From assembly GCA_030390025.1 (NCBI GenBank), contig JASTWF010000036.1:3102001-3166000 (forward strand): a DNA stretch of 64,000 bases, written 5' to 3'. Positions 25,118 through 39,822 of the stretch are shown here, one piece after another; within the stretch, counting starts at the first letter, position 1; every line of letters starts with the position of its first letter. This DNA is from Squalus acanthias. Its lineage: Eukaryota. The translations under genes were made by a program, and so were the position numbers. The notes beneath the pieces are model-generated. The model searched no databases. It saw only the letters and a program-made list of their open reading frames with translations, and had not been told where the DNA came from.

Positions 25118-26370
25118 GTGAGACACACACACACAGATGGAGACACACATACAGAGAGAGTGAGAGACACATATACAGAGAGACACACACAGGGGGAAGA
25201 CACATACACACATATATACACACACACACACATATATACACACACACATATATATACAGAGAGACACATACACACAGATATATACACACACACATACACA
25301 CAGAGAGAGACACAGATATATACACACACAGATATATACACAGAGAGAGAGACACAGATATATACACACACAGATATATACACAGAGAGACACAGATATA
25401 TATACACACACACAGATATACACACACAGATATATACACACAGAGATATATACACATATATACAGAGAGAGACACACATACACAGATATATACGCATATA
25501 GAGAGAGAAAGAGACACATAGAGAGACACACACACACAGATATATACAGAGACACACACATACACAGAGAGAGACACATACACACAGATATATAGAGACA
25601 CATACACACACACAGATATATACACACACAGAGAGAGACACATACACACATATATACACACACAGATATATACACAGAGACACACACATACACAGAGAGA
25701 GAGACACATACACACAGCTATATACAGAGAGAGAGAGAGAGAGACACATACACACAGATATATACACACACAGATATATACAGAGAGAGACACACACACA
25801 CACAGAGATATATACAGAGAGAGAGAGACACACATACAGAGATATATACAGAGAGAGAGACATACACACAGATATATACACATAGAGAGAGACACATACA
25901 CACAGATATATACACAGAGAGAGACACATACACTCAGATATATACACATATACAGAGAGAGAAAGAGACACACAGAGAGACACATACACATACACAGATA
26001 TATACACACACACACACACACAGATATATACACAGAGACACACACATACACAGAGAGAGAGACACATACACACAGATATATAGAGACACACACACACATA
26101 TATACACACACACACACATATATACACACACACACACACACACAGATATATACACACACACATACACACAGAGAGAGAGACACATACACACATATATATA
26201 CACATATACAGAGAGAGAGAAAGAGACACATACAGAGAGAGACACACACACAGACACATATAGAGAGAGACACACATACACAAATTGTGATACATAGTGA
26301 GACAGAATAACAGGGAGACACAAAAATTGTGACAAAGAAAGGAAAGAAAGAGAGAGAGAGAGAGAAGTAG
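25118..26370. repeat. Compound (CA)/(GA)/(TA) microsatellite, ~1.2 kb
   Basis: Low-complexity dinucleotide mosaic. Confidence 0.95.
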
Positions 26371-28324
26371 AGACAGGCACTCGCAGATGGAAACACAGGA
26401 GAGACAGACAGAAAAACAGGCAGACACAAAGAAAGAGATGATGTTACAACAACAACTTGCATTTATATAGTGCCTTTATCCGAGAAAAATGTCCCAAGAC
26501 ACTTTACAGAGGTGCAATGCGCACATCCAGTAATGAGGGTAAAAGTCCCATTCAGTTAAAATGCAAGCTAGTTGTTTACAACCGATTGGTCACTTCACAC
26601 AGGCAGCTATTTAATCAGAGCAACCAGTAATATTGGTCTCCTGGAATTAGTGCAGCTACAAACCCACAAGGTCCCCATGAACGTGTTTAGTCATTTACCT
26701 GCACATTTTATTCCTCTGGATTTTTGCATTTTCTGTGATCACAGAGGTGACTTGTGTGACACCAATCGGAGTGATGGTCGTAATCACAGTCCGTGCTCTC
26801 TCCACCTGGCTCGTGCTGGCTTCCACTACCTTCCCAAAGCTGCATTGATTCCTGGAACTTGTTTGAATTCAGATTGTGGGAGCCTGGAGTCTGCAAGCGG
26901 GCTCCCAGTGTTTACACTGCTAAATCGGAGTCCCTTATCCTGGCGGCAGAATCATAGATCCAGAAAAACTCGAAGCCGCGGTTAAAATTCCCTTTTCTCC
27001 TTCAAAAGATTGATTTAATATTTTCTGCAAATCATCCACTCGGCCCTGTTCACTTTAACAAGTTGATCCGGAAACATTTTGGAGAGCTCAATTTTTACTG
27101 GGGACACTCTCACCAAATCCACCCTGAATGGAGCAGAAATGACTATTCACCTATACTGTATACACATTGGAGAGAGAGGCTTATGGGGAATCTATCAAGC
27201 TCAGAGCCTGTAACACAGCACAATGTCCCAAGGCACTTCACGGTTGAGGGGTTAGGCCCGGAAAGGAGTAGGAGGGAGGTTAGAGGAGGTCGGTTTTAAG
27301 GAGGCTTCTGAAGATGGAGAAGGCTGAAACAAGGTGGAAGGGTTTAAGGAACGAGTTCCAGAGTGTGGGGGCAGGACCTGGGGGGGGGGGGGGGGGGGGT
27401 GTCAGGGGAGGAGGCATTGCCACTGACCACAGAGTGAAGGAAGAGGGGAACGCACAGGAGACCAGAGCCGGAAGAGAGGAGGGTGTGATCAGGGATACAA
27501 GGCTGGAAAAGAATGCAGAGGTTGGGTGGAGCGAGGCCACTTTGAGGTAGGGAACTGATGGAGGTCAGCAAGGGCAGAGGACACAGCCGAGAAGGACCTT
27601 GTGTGGGATAGGATACAGGCGATAAAGTTCTGGGTGAAGTGGGGAACTCCTTACCTACCTCTTCCCTTCCTTCTACTATCTACAGCTTGGAGTCACTGAT
27701 CATTACTTTTGGATATTCCCCATCCTCTATCCTATACTTTTCAACCTTGGTGCTGCCCTGCATGGTGGGTCTTCACCCTTCACCTAATTTTATCAATTCG
27801 ATAGCTCGTCACCCTGTATATGCAAAGTTGAAGCGGTAACAGATCTGAGTCAGCTGATCAGTGACAGGTAAGCGGTCGGGGTGCTACCCTTGACCATACC
27901 CCCGTATGTGACAGCACTTTCAGGTGATGAGGGAATAAAATTTGGGGCTGGTATTGCCAATGTTTAGGTGCTTTTACACAATAGGAAGGCGATAGGAGAC
28001 AAGATACACAGCTCTCCCTCTGGACAACTCCACCTCAAGATGGAATCGAGCCAAGGTGTGGGAAGCCAGGAACACGAGCGTTCCCTGGAATTGTGGGACC
28101 ACGTACGTGCCATCGAATGAAGGGAGCCAATCTCAGTGAAACAAAGCCAAGGAACTGGTCCCAGGGATTTGCACTCTGGGTCACCTCATTACAGTGTTCA
28201 CAGAGACCAGCTCCTGACCCGCAGTGACCTGTGCGGCTCATCCAAAACAGGATTTGAGAGCAAGCACAGAAATAGAAGTGCCTTAGGAGTTTATGGGTCC
28301 TGATGTTGAGGTACCTGTTGTACA

Positions 28325-30745
28325 TAACATAAGAAATAGGAGCAGGAGTCGGCCATTTGAGCCTACTCTGCCATTCAATAAGATCATGGCTGATCTTCTA
28401 TCTCATCTCCACTTTCCTGCACTATCCCCATATCCCTTGATTCCCTTAATATTCAAAAATCTATCGATCTCTGTCTTGAATATACTTAATGACTGAGCCT
28501 CCACAGCCCTCTGGGGTAGAGAATTCCAAAGATTCACCACCCTCTGAGTGAACAAATTTCTCCTCATCTCAGTCCTAAATGGCCGACCCCTTATTCTGAG
28601 ACTGTGACCCCTGGTTCTAGACTCCCCAGCCAGGGGAAACATCCTCCCTGCATCTACCCTGTCAAGCCCTGTAAGAATTTTGTATGTTTCAATGAGATCA
28701 CCTCTCATTCTTCTAAACTCTAGAGAATATAGGCCTAGTCTACTCAATTTCTCCTCACAGGACAATCCCCCCATCCCAGGAACCAGTCTGGTGAACCTTT
28801 GTTGCACTCCCTCTATGGCAAGTATATCCTTCCTTAGGTAAGGAGACCAAAACTGTACACAATACTCCAAGTGTGGTCTCACCAGGGCCCTATATAAATG
28901 TAGTAAGACGTCTTTACTCTTATACTCAAATCCTCTTGTAATAAAGGCCAACATACCATTCTCTTTCCTAATTGCTTGCTGTACCTGCATGTTAACTTTC
29001 AGTGATTCGTGTACAAGGACACCCAGGTCCCTCTGAACACCAACATTTCCCAACCTCTCACCATTTAAAAAATACCCTGCTTTTCTATTTTTCCTACCAA
29101 AGTGGATAACTTCACATTTCTCCACATTATATTCCATTTGCCATGTTCTTGCCCACTCACTTAGCCTGTCTATGTCCCCTTGAAGCCTCCTTGCATCCTC
29201 CTCACAACTTACATTCCCACCCAGCTTTGTATCATCAGCAAACTTGGATATATTACATTTGGACCACTCATCCAAATCATTGATGTGGATTGTGAATAGC
29301 TGAGGCCCAAGCACTGATCCTTGCGGTACCCCACTAGTTACAGCCTGCCAACCCGAAAATGACCTGTTTATTCCTACTCTCCATTTTCTGTCCGTTAACC
29401 AATCCTCAAACTATGCTAGCATATTTCCCCCAATCCCATGAGCCCAAATTTTGTTTAGTAACCTCTTGTGTGGCACCTTATCGAATGCCTTCTGAAAATC
29501 CAAATACACCACATCCACTGGTTTCCCCTTATCTATTCTGCTAGTTACAATCTCAAAAAACTCGAACAGATTTGTCAAACACGATTTCCCTTTCATAAAT
29601 CCGTGTTGACTCTGCCCAATCCTATTATTATTTTCTAAGTGCCCTGTTACCACATCCTTAATAATAGATTCTAGCATTTTCCCTCCTACTAATGTCAGGC
29701 TAACTGGTCTATAGTTCCCCGTTTTCTCTCTCCCTTAAATAGTGGGGTTACATTCGCTACCTTCCAATCCACGGGAACTATTCTAGAATCTATGGAATTT
29801 TGGAAAATGACAACCACTGTATTCACTATCTCTATAGCCAACTCTTTCAAAATCCTAGGATGTAGGCCATGAGGTCCAGGGGATTTATTGGCTTTCAGTC
29901 CCATTAATTTCTCCAGTTTTTTTTTAACCTAAATAATAATTTCTTTCAGTTCCTCATTCTCATTAGACCCTTGGTTCTCCACTATTTCAGGGAACTTTTT
30001 TGCGTCTTCTTCCGTGAAGACAGACACAAAGTATTTGTTCAATGTCTCTGCCATTTCCTTATTCCCCATTATAATTTCTCCTGTCTCAGCCTGTAAGGGG
30101 CCCACATTTAAGTTGGCTAATCTTTTCCTTTTTACATACCTATAGAAGCTTTTACAGTCTGTTTTTATGTCTCTCGCTAGTTTACTCTCATATTCTATTT
30201 TCCCTTTCTTTATCAATTTCTTGGTCCTCCTTTGCCGAATTCTAAAATCCTCCCAATTCTCAGGCTTACTACTCTTTTTGGCAACATTATAAGCCTCTTC
30301 CTTTGATCTAATACTATCTTTAACTTCTCTTGTTAGCCACGGTTGGACCACTTTTCCTGTGGGGTTTTTGTGCCTTAAAGGATTGTATATTTGTTGTAAA
30401 TTATGTATTAATTCTTTAAATGCTAGCCATTGCTTGTCTACCGTCATACCTTTTAATGTAGTTTCCCAATCTACCTTAGCCAACTCAGCCTTCATACCTG
30501 CGTAGTTTGCTTTGTTTTGATTTAAGACCCTAGTTTCGGATTTAACTAAATCACTTTCTCACTTTCAAACTCAATATAAAATTCTATCATATTATGGTCA
30601 CTCTTCCCTAAAGGCCCCTTTACTACAAGGTTATTCATTAACCCTTTCTCATTGCATAATACTAGATCTAAAATAGCCCGTTCCCTTGTTGGTTCCTTAA
30701 CATACTGATCGAGAAAACTATCTTGCATACATTCCATGAATATAC
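28325..30745 (-). mobile_element. CR1 LINE, ~2.4 kb, 5'-truncated, frameshifted ORF2 (end of APE plus RT)
   Basis: ORF pieces ILDLVLCN...SDHN, QHGFMKGKSCLTN, YLDFQKAFDKV and KFADDTKLGG; CR1 3' tail. Confidence 0.95.
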
Positions 30746-31236
30746 ATGGTGTGCATACATGATGCTGGCGGGTGGGGGGGGGGGGGGGGGGATTTGAGAG
30801 AAAGAGATCGGGGAAATTCCATTGGGTCGCGAGGCAAGAAGTCAAGTTCTGAAATCTGTACTTGGTAGAGAAAATGCATTGAAATCAACGAATGAAGTAT
30901 TGGAGTTCCCAGTTTCTACCCCTTGACATTTACACATCACATAAAAAAGTAATAAACGTAGAGAACACTCTGGCTTTTGTGGTTCAAAACCTCATCCAAC
31001 TCTCAATTGCGTGCGGAACTCAAAGCTGTAGAACTCGGTTCTTTCTCATCCCATTCAAATCGTTGCAAAGGCTTTCCCCAGACATTTCTACAGTTATTAA
31101 CAATTTGCTCAGTGACAAAGCTCCAAGGCTATCTGCCTACTCCCACTGAGCAAACACCATTGAAAGCCAGGTGTGGCTCAGCCCTTAAAGTGGTCAGGGT
31201 TTTAGACCCAAGCAACCAAGTTCCCAGCCAAGGTGA

Positions 31237-33175
31237 ACATAAGAACATAAGAACATAAGAAATAGGAGCAGGAGTAGGCCAATCGGCCCCTCGAGCCTGC
31301 TCCGCCATTCAATAAGATCATGGCTGATCTGATCCTAACCGCCAATCTACTATCTATCACAGAACCATCTCCTGCATCTAACAGAATTGCACACACGAAA
31401 TAGGAGCAGAATCAGGCTACACAGTCCCTGGGCCCGCTCCACTACCCACAGGGCCATGACCGATCCGAACCTAGACTCATGTCCAAATTCCTGCCCGCTC
31501 CCCGTAACCCTTAATGCCCTTTACTTCTAGGAAACTGTCTATTTCTGTTTTAAATTTAATTAATGTTGTAGCTTCTACAGCTTTTTGTGGCAGCATATTC
31601 CATGGACCTACCACCCTCTGAGTGAAGTAGTTCCTCCTCATCTCAGTTTTGAAAGAGCAGCCCCTTATTCTAAGACTATGTCCCCTAGTTCTCGTCTCAC
31701 CCGTCATCGGGAACATCCTCCCCGCATCCACCCGATCCAACCCCTTCACAATCTTATATGTTTCAATAAGATCGCCTCTCATTCTTCTGAACTCCAATGA
31801 GTAGAGTCCCAATCTACCCAACCTCTCCTCATATGACCACCCCCTCATCCCCGGGATTAACCGAATGAACCTTTTTTGCACTGCCTCGAGAGCAAGGATG
31901 TCTTTCCTTAAGTAAGGACACCAAAACTGTATGCAGTATTCCAGGTGCGGTCTCACCAATACCTTGTACAACTGAAGCAATACCTCCCTATTTTTATATT
32001 CTATCCCCCTAGCAATGAAAGCCAACATTCCATTTGCCTTCTTAATCACTTGCTGCACCTGCATACTAACCTTTTGAGTTTCGTGCACCAGGACCCCCAG
32101 ATCCCTTTGCACTTCAGTACTCTCCAGTTTCTTGCCATTAAGATAATAAATTGCTCTAGGATTTTTCCTGCCAAAGTGCATCACCTCACACTTTCCAGTG
32201 TTGTATTCCATCTGCCAAATCTCTGCCCACTTACTTAGCCTGTCTATGTCCCCTTGCAGGTTTTTTATGTCCTCCTCACTCACTACTTTCCCTCCCATCT
32301 TTGTATCATCTGCAAATTTTGATATGTTACACTTGGTCCCTTCCTCCAAATCGTTAATATAGATTGTGAAGAGTTGGGGACCCAGCACTGACCCCTGTGG
32401 AACACCACTAGTTACTGATTGCCAGTCTGAGAATGAACCATTTATCCCAACTCTTTGCTTTCTGTTAGATAGCCAATCCTCTATCCATGCCAGAATATTA
32501 CCCCCAATCCCGTGATTTTTTACCTTAAGCAATAATCTTTTGTGTGGCACCTTGTCAAATGCCTTTTGGAAGTCTAAATACACTACGTCCACTGGTTCCC
32601 CTTTATCCACTCTATATGTTACTTCCTCAAAGAACTCCAGCAAATTTGTCAAACATGACTTCCCCTTCGTAAAACCATGCTGACTTTGTCCTATTAAATT
32701 ATGATTATCCAAATGTCCTGTTACTGTTTCCTTAATAATGGACTCCAAAATTTTACCTACCACAGATGTTAGGCTAACCGGTCTATAGTTACCAGCCTTC
32801 TGTCTACTGCCCTTTTTAAATAAGGGTGTTACATTAGCAGTTTTCCAGTCTGCCGGGACCTTAGCGGAATCCAGGGAGTTTTGAAAAATTATTACCAATG
32901 CATCTACAATCCCTACCGCCACTTCCTTCAAGACTCTAGGATGTAAGCCATCAGGTCCAGGTGATTTATCCGCCTTGAGTCCCATTATTTTACCGAGTAC
33001 CACTTCCTTAGTGATTTTGATCGTGTTTAGCTCCTCTCCCCCTATAGCCCCCTGTTTGTCCAGTGTTGGGATATTCTTAGTGTCCTCTACTGTAAAGACT
33101 GATACAAAATATTCATTCAGTGTTTTTGCCATCTCCATATTTCCCACCATTAATTTCCCGGTCTCATCCTCTAAG
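31237..33175 (-). mobile_element. Young 5'-truncated CR1 LINE with an uninterrupted 557-aa RT/C-terminal ORF (31477-33150)
   Basis: All RT motifs in one frame (YRPVSLTS, QHGF, DFQKAFD, GVPQGSVLGP, FADD); 3' end is tandem (TTCTTATG)n. Confidence 0.95.
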
Positions 33176-33529
33176 GTAGCATTTATTTACTTCTTGTTCA
33201 TTATCTTCCAAAGACAACAGATCTACAGGGAGAGGAGAGCCAGCTTGGTCTTGGCTGCAAGGACTCTTGAGGAGGGGGTTCCAGTGGCAGTGCTAGTCAG
33301 AGATGGAGAGGAAGGGCTGTCCTTGTTCTACAGTTCATGGGGTGGAGTTAAGATGTGGCAGTCATACTTGTGCCAACATCCAGCAGGAGGGGCTGCTAAC
33401 ACACATTATTTACATTGAAGCATCACCGTTAACCCATGTATGGGGCCTCCAATCTGTGCAGAATTTGGTGATCTATACTGGGATGCATTACGGGTGGTAC
33501 AATTGGTCTCAGCATCCATGGGTTAGGAC

Positions 33530-34023
33530 AATCATCCAAAACTCTGCTGCCCACATCCAATCTCACACCAAGTCCCACTCACCTATCACCCCTGCGCTCG
33601 CTGATCTACATTGGCTCCCGGTTAAGCAACGCCTCAATTTTAAAATTCTCATCCTTGTGTCCAAATCCCACCATGGCCTCGCCCCTCCCTATCTCTGTAA
33701 CCTCCTCCAGCCCCACAACCTTCCGAGATAACTGCGCTCCTCCAATTCTGGTCTCTTGCGCATCCTCAATTTCCTTCACCCTACCATTGGCGGCCGTGCC
33801 TTCAGCCGTCTAGGCGCTAAGCTCTGCAATTCCCTTTCTAAACCTTTCCACCCTCCTTTAATACGCTCTTTAAAACCTACCTCTTTGACCAAGCTTTTGG
33901 TCACCTGTCCCAATATCTCTTTATGTGGCTCGGTGTCAAATGTTGTCTGATAACACTCCTGTGAAGCGCCTTGGGACGTTTTACTACGTTAAAGGCGCTA
34001 TGTAAATGCAAGTTGTTGTTGTT
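33530..34023 (+). mobile_element. L2 LINE 3' fragment
   Basis: IQNSAA...HSPITPALADLHWLPVKQRLNFKIL motif; tail ending (GTT)n. Confidence 0.85.
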
Positions 34024-35797
34024 GAAATATCCAGCAATCCCTGCTGGAAATGGGCACATCTGACAAGATTGGTGTCATTGCAATGTCTTCTGCAGTGGCA
34101 TAACTTCCCAACACTCATCGCCAAGGGTCAAACATGAACAATGGACTTGAGTGAGGTACCAGAGGCCAACGAAAACTCACCAAGTCAACGCCTTCAGGAG
34201 AGGAAGGGAGAAACTTTGGAGAGAGTAATCTGTAAAATGTGTCATTTCTATCGCGGAGACGGTAGGCAGAATGATGACACCTGGCATATGGGTGCCACTC
34301 CCTGTGGCACAGTGTGCAAACTTAACAATCTACCAGCTGGAAAATACCAAAACAAAGGGTTTCATTAGATGAAACGTTTACTTTCTGTTATTTAGAAACA
34401 TTTCCTATGGCAGTTCTTATAATTGACACTGAGCAATCGGCAATGCTAAAATGCTTAATTGACGCAAAAACTATTCTTAGCAGCCATTGATCTGAGCAAC
34501 ATTTATCTTGTCGAGATAATTAAGGAAATGGGAAAGGTAAATCTGGAATACTGCTTTAAGTTGTAAATATGGGGCAAGGGGCCACACATTCACACGAGTA
34601 AGAGACAAGCATAGGCCTGATATCAGGAAGTTCTTTGCAGAGAGTGACCAACACTTGGAATGGACTCCTGGACACAGTTGTGAAGGTGAAAACCCTAGAA
34701 TCATTTAACAAGCAGATGCTGAAATGAGGAGAACTCCAGGATCTTTCCTGATGGGTGAATCAAGATGAATGGACTTCCTCAGCCGTAATTATCCTGTGGC
34801 TGTTCAATAATAGTTACGGTGAATGAATACTTGGCTGCAGCTACTGCTGATGCTCTAGCTGAGCCTATCACTCAGCTTTTATCATTTAAAAACATAAGGA
34901 AACATAGAAGAGACCATTTGGCCCACTTTCCACTGTCCATCCATGACTACCTCAATTGTGGAATTTCCTCCCCCCCCCCAAGATCACTATACTCTCTTCC
35001 TAACCCCCATATAAATCAAACAGATCTATTAGTAATGAGTTTGTTGATAGCAGATTTTTTTTTTAAGTTTCTCAACAGTCATTATCTTGGCTGTCTGATG
35101 CCATGCTATACCGATACCTCAATTCATCCCGATACTCCCAGGATAAATCAGACAGCTGCTTGTAACCGACAAATAACGTGTGCACAAACCAGCCCGTTAT
35201 AAGGAGTTAGATATCCTTCAGTAACTGAAGTCGAGACTCACTGCACCATCTCGGACTCGAACGCATTCTTTCCCAGGACCTCAGGACTGTGGAGCTCCTC
35301 GGGTCCCTTGGTTTTCCCTTCCTCTTACAATCTTACAGGCTTTCAACAACCTGATCACTTGACTTACCTCGTCTTCTCTCTCACTTTCGTCAATCCCGAC
35401 GGTGGCCCACACAGGAGCAACTACCTCTGAAGACATGGGGGACACCGTGGGCAGGAGGATGTCAAGAGCAATTCCAAGATTTGGAGCAGGGGAGGGGAGG
35501 GGAGGGGGGGGAAAAAAGGACATAACCCACGTCAAAAATAGCGGGAGGGAGCCATCCCCTCATTCCACTCCTCGCCCCCTCTCCCTGGGGTGGTTATTTC
35601 TACAATCTCAAGTTATAGAGCTCGGCCCTTCACAAGATCCCTTTTCCTGCAATTGTGGAAGCAGTAAAGCTGTCTGGAAGCATTCACTGTGCAGAAACAG
35701 ATGGTGTTGCCCACGTCAGTGATGCCACTGGCAACAAACCCATTATATAGAAGTGCACCCCTGGGAATACATTTATTGTACAGTCTTGTTTTCCACA

Positions 35798-36086
35798 TGC
35801 CACCACAGCCAAAGCCAGTGCCACCACAGCCAAAGCCAGTGCCACCCAGCCAAAGCCAGTGCCACCACAGCCAAAGCCAGTGCCACCACAGCCAAAGCCA
35901 GTGCCACCACAGCCAAAGCCAGTGCCACCACAGCCAAAGCCAGTGCCACCACAGCCAAAGCCAGTGCCACCACAGCCAAAGCCAGTGCCACCACAGCCAA
36001 AGCCAGTGCCACCACAGCCAAAGCCAGTGCCACCACAGCCAAAGCCAGTGCCACCACAGCCAAAGCCAGTGCCACCACAGCCAAAG
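35798..36086. repeat. 21-bp minisatellite (tgccaccacagccaaagccag) x ~14
   Basis: Near-perfect tandem array; one unit has a 1-nt deletion. Confidence 0.95.
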
Positions 36087-36669
36087 TCTCACTACCAGCA
36101 AATAAAAGAACTGCCACTTTCAACACTGGATGTCACCGACCACCATTTTCTTCCAGCTGTAGGCTGAGCTCTCACTCTTTCTGGGGAAGGTCCATGACCA
36201 GAAATGTAAAAGTTGTGAATGCAAATCGGAAACAACTGCATGCAACAGCTCCAATTGTGAACAGTTCCAATGAATCGGGCAGCTTTAACTCCATAGCTAA
36301 CAACACATCCATTGTAACCATTGGGGAGGGTGGAGAACGAGATTTCCCCCGTCCAGTATATGTGCAGCCCTTTGCCCACTGCGCCACCGGAGCTGTAACT
36401 CTGGAGCTGAAAGTGTTGATTTGGACAGAAACTAAATGCAGTCAAACCAGCAATTTATTTTTTTTGGTTGGAAAAGGGCAGTTAAAAAAAACACACACAA
36501 TCAGATTGCGGGGTGTTGGCACATCGTGCTTGTGGGGACATGGTGCTGAATTCAGGTATTTGGATGTTTCATGGGGCAAGTCCAGCTTTCTGGTGGGGAG
36601 TTACTGTGCAGGCTCAAGTCTGATCACTGCCTTTCGAAGAATCACGTTATCTAGTTAATCATGTTATCT

Positions 36670-37255
36670 AGTATTTACAGCACAGAAACAGGCCATTTGG
36701 CCCAACTGGTCCATGCCGGTGTTTATGCTCCACACGAACCTCATCTCACCCCATCAACATATCCTTCTATTCCTTTCTCCCTCATGTGTTTATCCAGCTT
36801 CCCCTTAAATGCATCTGTGCTATTTGCCTCAACCACTCCCTGTGGTAGCGAGTTCCACATTCTCACCACTCTCTAGGTAAAGAAGTTTCTCCTGACTATT
36901 AGTGACTATCTTATATTGATGGCCTCTAGTTTTGGTCTTCCCCACTAGTGGAAACATCATCTTGATGTATACCCTATCAAACCCTTTCAGAATCTTAAAG
37001 ACCTCGATCAGGTCACCTCTCAGTCTTCTCTTTTCTAGAGAAAAGAGCCCCAGCCTGTTCAATCTTTCATAAAGGTATAACCTCTCATTTCTGGTATCAT
37101 TCTAGTAAATCTTTTTTGCACCCTCTCCAGTGCCTCTATATCCTTTTTATAATATGGAGACCAGAACTGTGCACAGTGCGCCAAGTGTGGTCGAACCAAG
37201 GTTCGATACAGGTTTAACATCACTTCTCTGCTTTTCAATTCTATAACTCTAGAAA
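36670..37255 (-). mobile_element. CR1 LINE 3' fragment
   Basis: LYRTLVRPHL...QFWSPY and RLGLFSLEKRRLRGDLIEVFK. Confidence 0.85.
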
Positions 37256-39822
37256 TGCTTTGTTTGCTTTTCTTTTTTACACACACACATTCAAAAAGAA
37301 GGGCTCCAATTGGCTGTGAATTGGGTGTCAAAGCCTCCTAATCCTTTTACGTAGGAGACTGGAGGAAGAAGCTTTTACCACTGCAGTGGAACAATAGCGT
37401 GGTTTGAAACAAAAGCCACAAGAACTCCCACCATAGGTCATATAAAACACATTGTCTAATGGCAAAAATGAACTCAAAGCAGTGTGGCTTTTAAAAGCCT
37501 GTAATGGGCGGAGGTAATGTACTTTTAGCAGGTGGATACCAGATTACTTTCGATACGCTCACTCCTCCAACAGCTCAGGGCTCATTTAACTCTCAGTCTG
37601 GCTGGGTTCCTTTCCTCAATACTTGACACACAAAAATAGTTATTATGGAGTCTCTCAGTGTTCTTCCACTCTGTCGACGTGACATTAATGGAACCAGGAT
37701 TCAACGTGCAAAATTCAATGCACTTCCTGTTTCAGTTTCCACCAGTTTTTCTTCTCCTGAAGATGCCGAGCCTTGCTGGGGTACGGTTCCCTCCAGCACC
37801 TCGCCCCAAGTTTTTTTATTTTATTTTGTTACTGAGCAACCTAGGTGAAAGGCTGAGGTCCACAGTGCAAATTGGCTGCCACGTTTCCTACATTACAACA
37901 GTGACTACATTCACTGGCTGTGTATAGCAAGGTCCCACAAACAACAATGAGATAATGACCAGATAATCTGTTGTTCATGGTGTTGGTTGAGGGACGAATG
38001 TTGGCCAAGACACCAGGAGAACCCCCAACGCTTTTCAAAAAAGTGCCGTGGGATCTTTCATGTCCACCCGAGAGGGCCCACAGGGCTACACAAATCTCAC
38101 ACTGGTGCAGTGGGGGTGTTCATCCAAGATTGAAATAAAGGCACGTCAATGGGACATAGCAGAAGGAACCTTGCTCCACACGTAACTTGCACTGTAGCCG
38201 ACTTGGAAGGGCTTGATGCGGACGCCTGGAGGATGAACTTTCACTACCGACCAGGGTGTAAAACGGGCGGGAGTGGATCGGCTGCCCATTGAACATCTAA
38301 TGGAAACAAAAATTGGGGCGGGGTGTGGACAGGTGGCTGATCCTCGACCATCCGTTTCCCACCCTTGATGAGCACCAAAATTCCTCTGCAATATACATAA
38401 ACTCAAAGTGGTACTGCAGCTTGGCAATGCATTTACCAGGCTTGATGGCAAAGATGTGGGCAATGACAAAACACCACCAGCCACAGGTAGTGCAACGATT
38501 TGATTCCATTTCTGATTTTTCTTTAAAACCACCGCCTTCTTAAAAACTAAATTGCATCACATTCATTTGCACTAAAGCAGACTCGGCTGGGATCTTCTAC
38601 TCAAGTGCTTGCCAACCTGCAACGCTCCAAGCTAGCACGAGCAGAGCTGGAAAATCCCGGCCGCTGTGTCTGTACTGTAGTATAGGAGGACGCCATTCAG
38701 CCCCTCGAGCCATTCAATTAGATCATGGCTGATCTGTAGCTCAACTCCATTCATCTACCTTGGCACCCTTACCTAACAAAAATCTACCAATCTCAGTCTT
38801 GAAAGCCCCAGCATCCACAGCCTTTTGGGAGAGAGAATTCCACATTTCCACTACCCTTTATGCGAGAAAGTGCTTCCTGATTTCACCTAGTTCGAATTTT
38901 AAGGTTATACCCCCTAGTTCTGGTTTCCTCCCCCCCACTAGAGGAAATAGCTTCTCCGTATCTACCCCATTGAATCTCTTTATCATTTATCATCATGATT
39001 CTGACAGCCAGCGTAGCACAGATGGAAGGAAAGAACGTTTCCAAGAACTTAGCCCAGCTAAAAACTCCAAAACGCTGTTCCGAGGGTGACAAGTTTGATG
39101 TTTTTTTCCTGTGTGTTGCATCAAATAATTTCAAAGTTGCACAAAATAGGTGGGAGCCAAAGGAGATGCTTCCTTTAAAAAAGACACTACTCCCAGTGCG
39201 AATTGTTGCGAAGATATTGAAGATCTCGCAGCAAAGATCGAAGCCTGGCTCACAGCTCGTGTCATCACCCACTGGAGTACAGAAAGTCTCGAGGCCGGAT
39301 GAGACCATGCCTGGGACATTCTATTTCTGCTCTCCCCGCTCATTTTTAACGGGTGGAGCATTGCAAATCCAAGTCCATTGGTTCATCTCCTCGGCCTTTC
39401 CCGTCATCCTTGCACTTGTAACCAATAACATGTTTCTCTTCAAGATACATGTCCAAGTTCACCTGGAAGATAGCCGCGTCACTTGTCCCTACAGCCTCCA
39501 TTGGTAAACTATTCCAAAATAGCTTCAGTGAAGTAAAGGTTTTCTTATATCCTTTCTGAATTCCCCTTTTCAGCTTATACTCATGTCCCCTTGTTCTGCA
39601 GTCTCGTACTAAATCAAATATCCTCTGCATCCCATATAATCATATCCTCCTCTCAGTCTTCCCTCTCCAATGAGGAAAGTCACAGCTCTGCAAATCTATT
39701 CTCATGTTTTATTCTCTAGTCTCATCATTCAAGTAACTCTTCTCTGTGCCTTTTCTAGCTCAGCTACATCCTTACTATAGTGAGGGTTAAAGAACTGTAT
39801 CAGATATGAGTTATTACCAAGC

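Noticed and set aside
25061..26462. Long ORFs (up to 459 aa) rich in C/V/Y/L/S or H/T/R
   Set aside because: Translations of a dinucleotide microsatellite; not genes.
35358..35500. Minus-strand strong donor GAG|gtaagt as an alternative AHR first exon
   Set aside because: The ATG-initiated frame ends in phase 0, incompatible with exon 2; the phase-2 frame has an upstream stop and no ATG.
35613..36658. 301-aa and overlapping ORFs with heptad repeats
   Set aside because: Created by the 21-bp minisatellite; flanks show no protein-like signal.
15576..37402. Scattered TNGCGTG (XRE) matches in intron 1
   Set aside because: Short motif expected by chance in 39 kb; no clustering.
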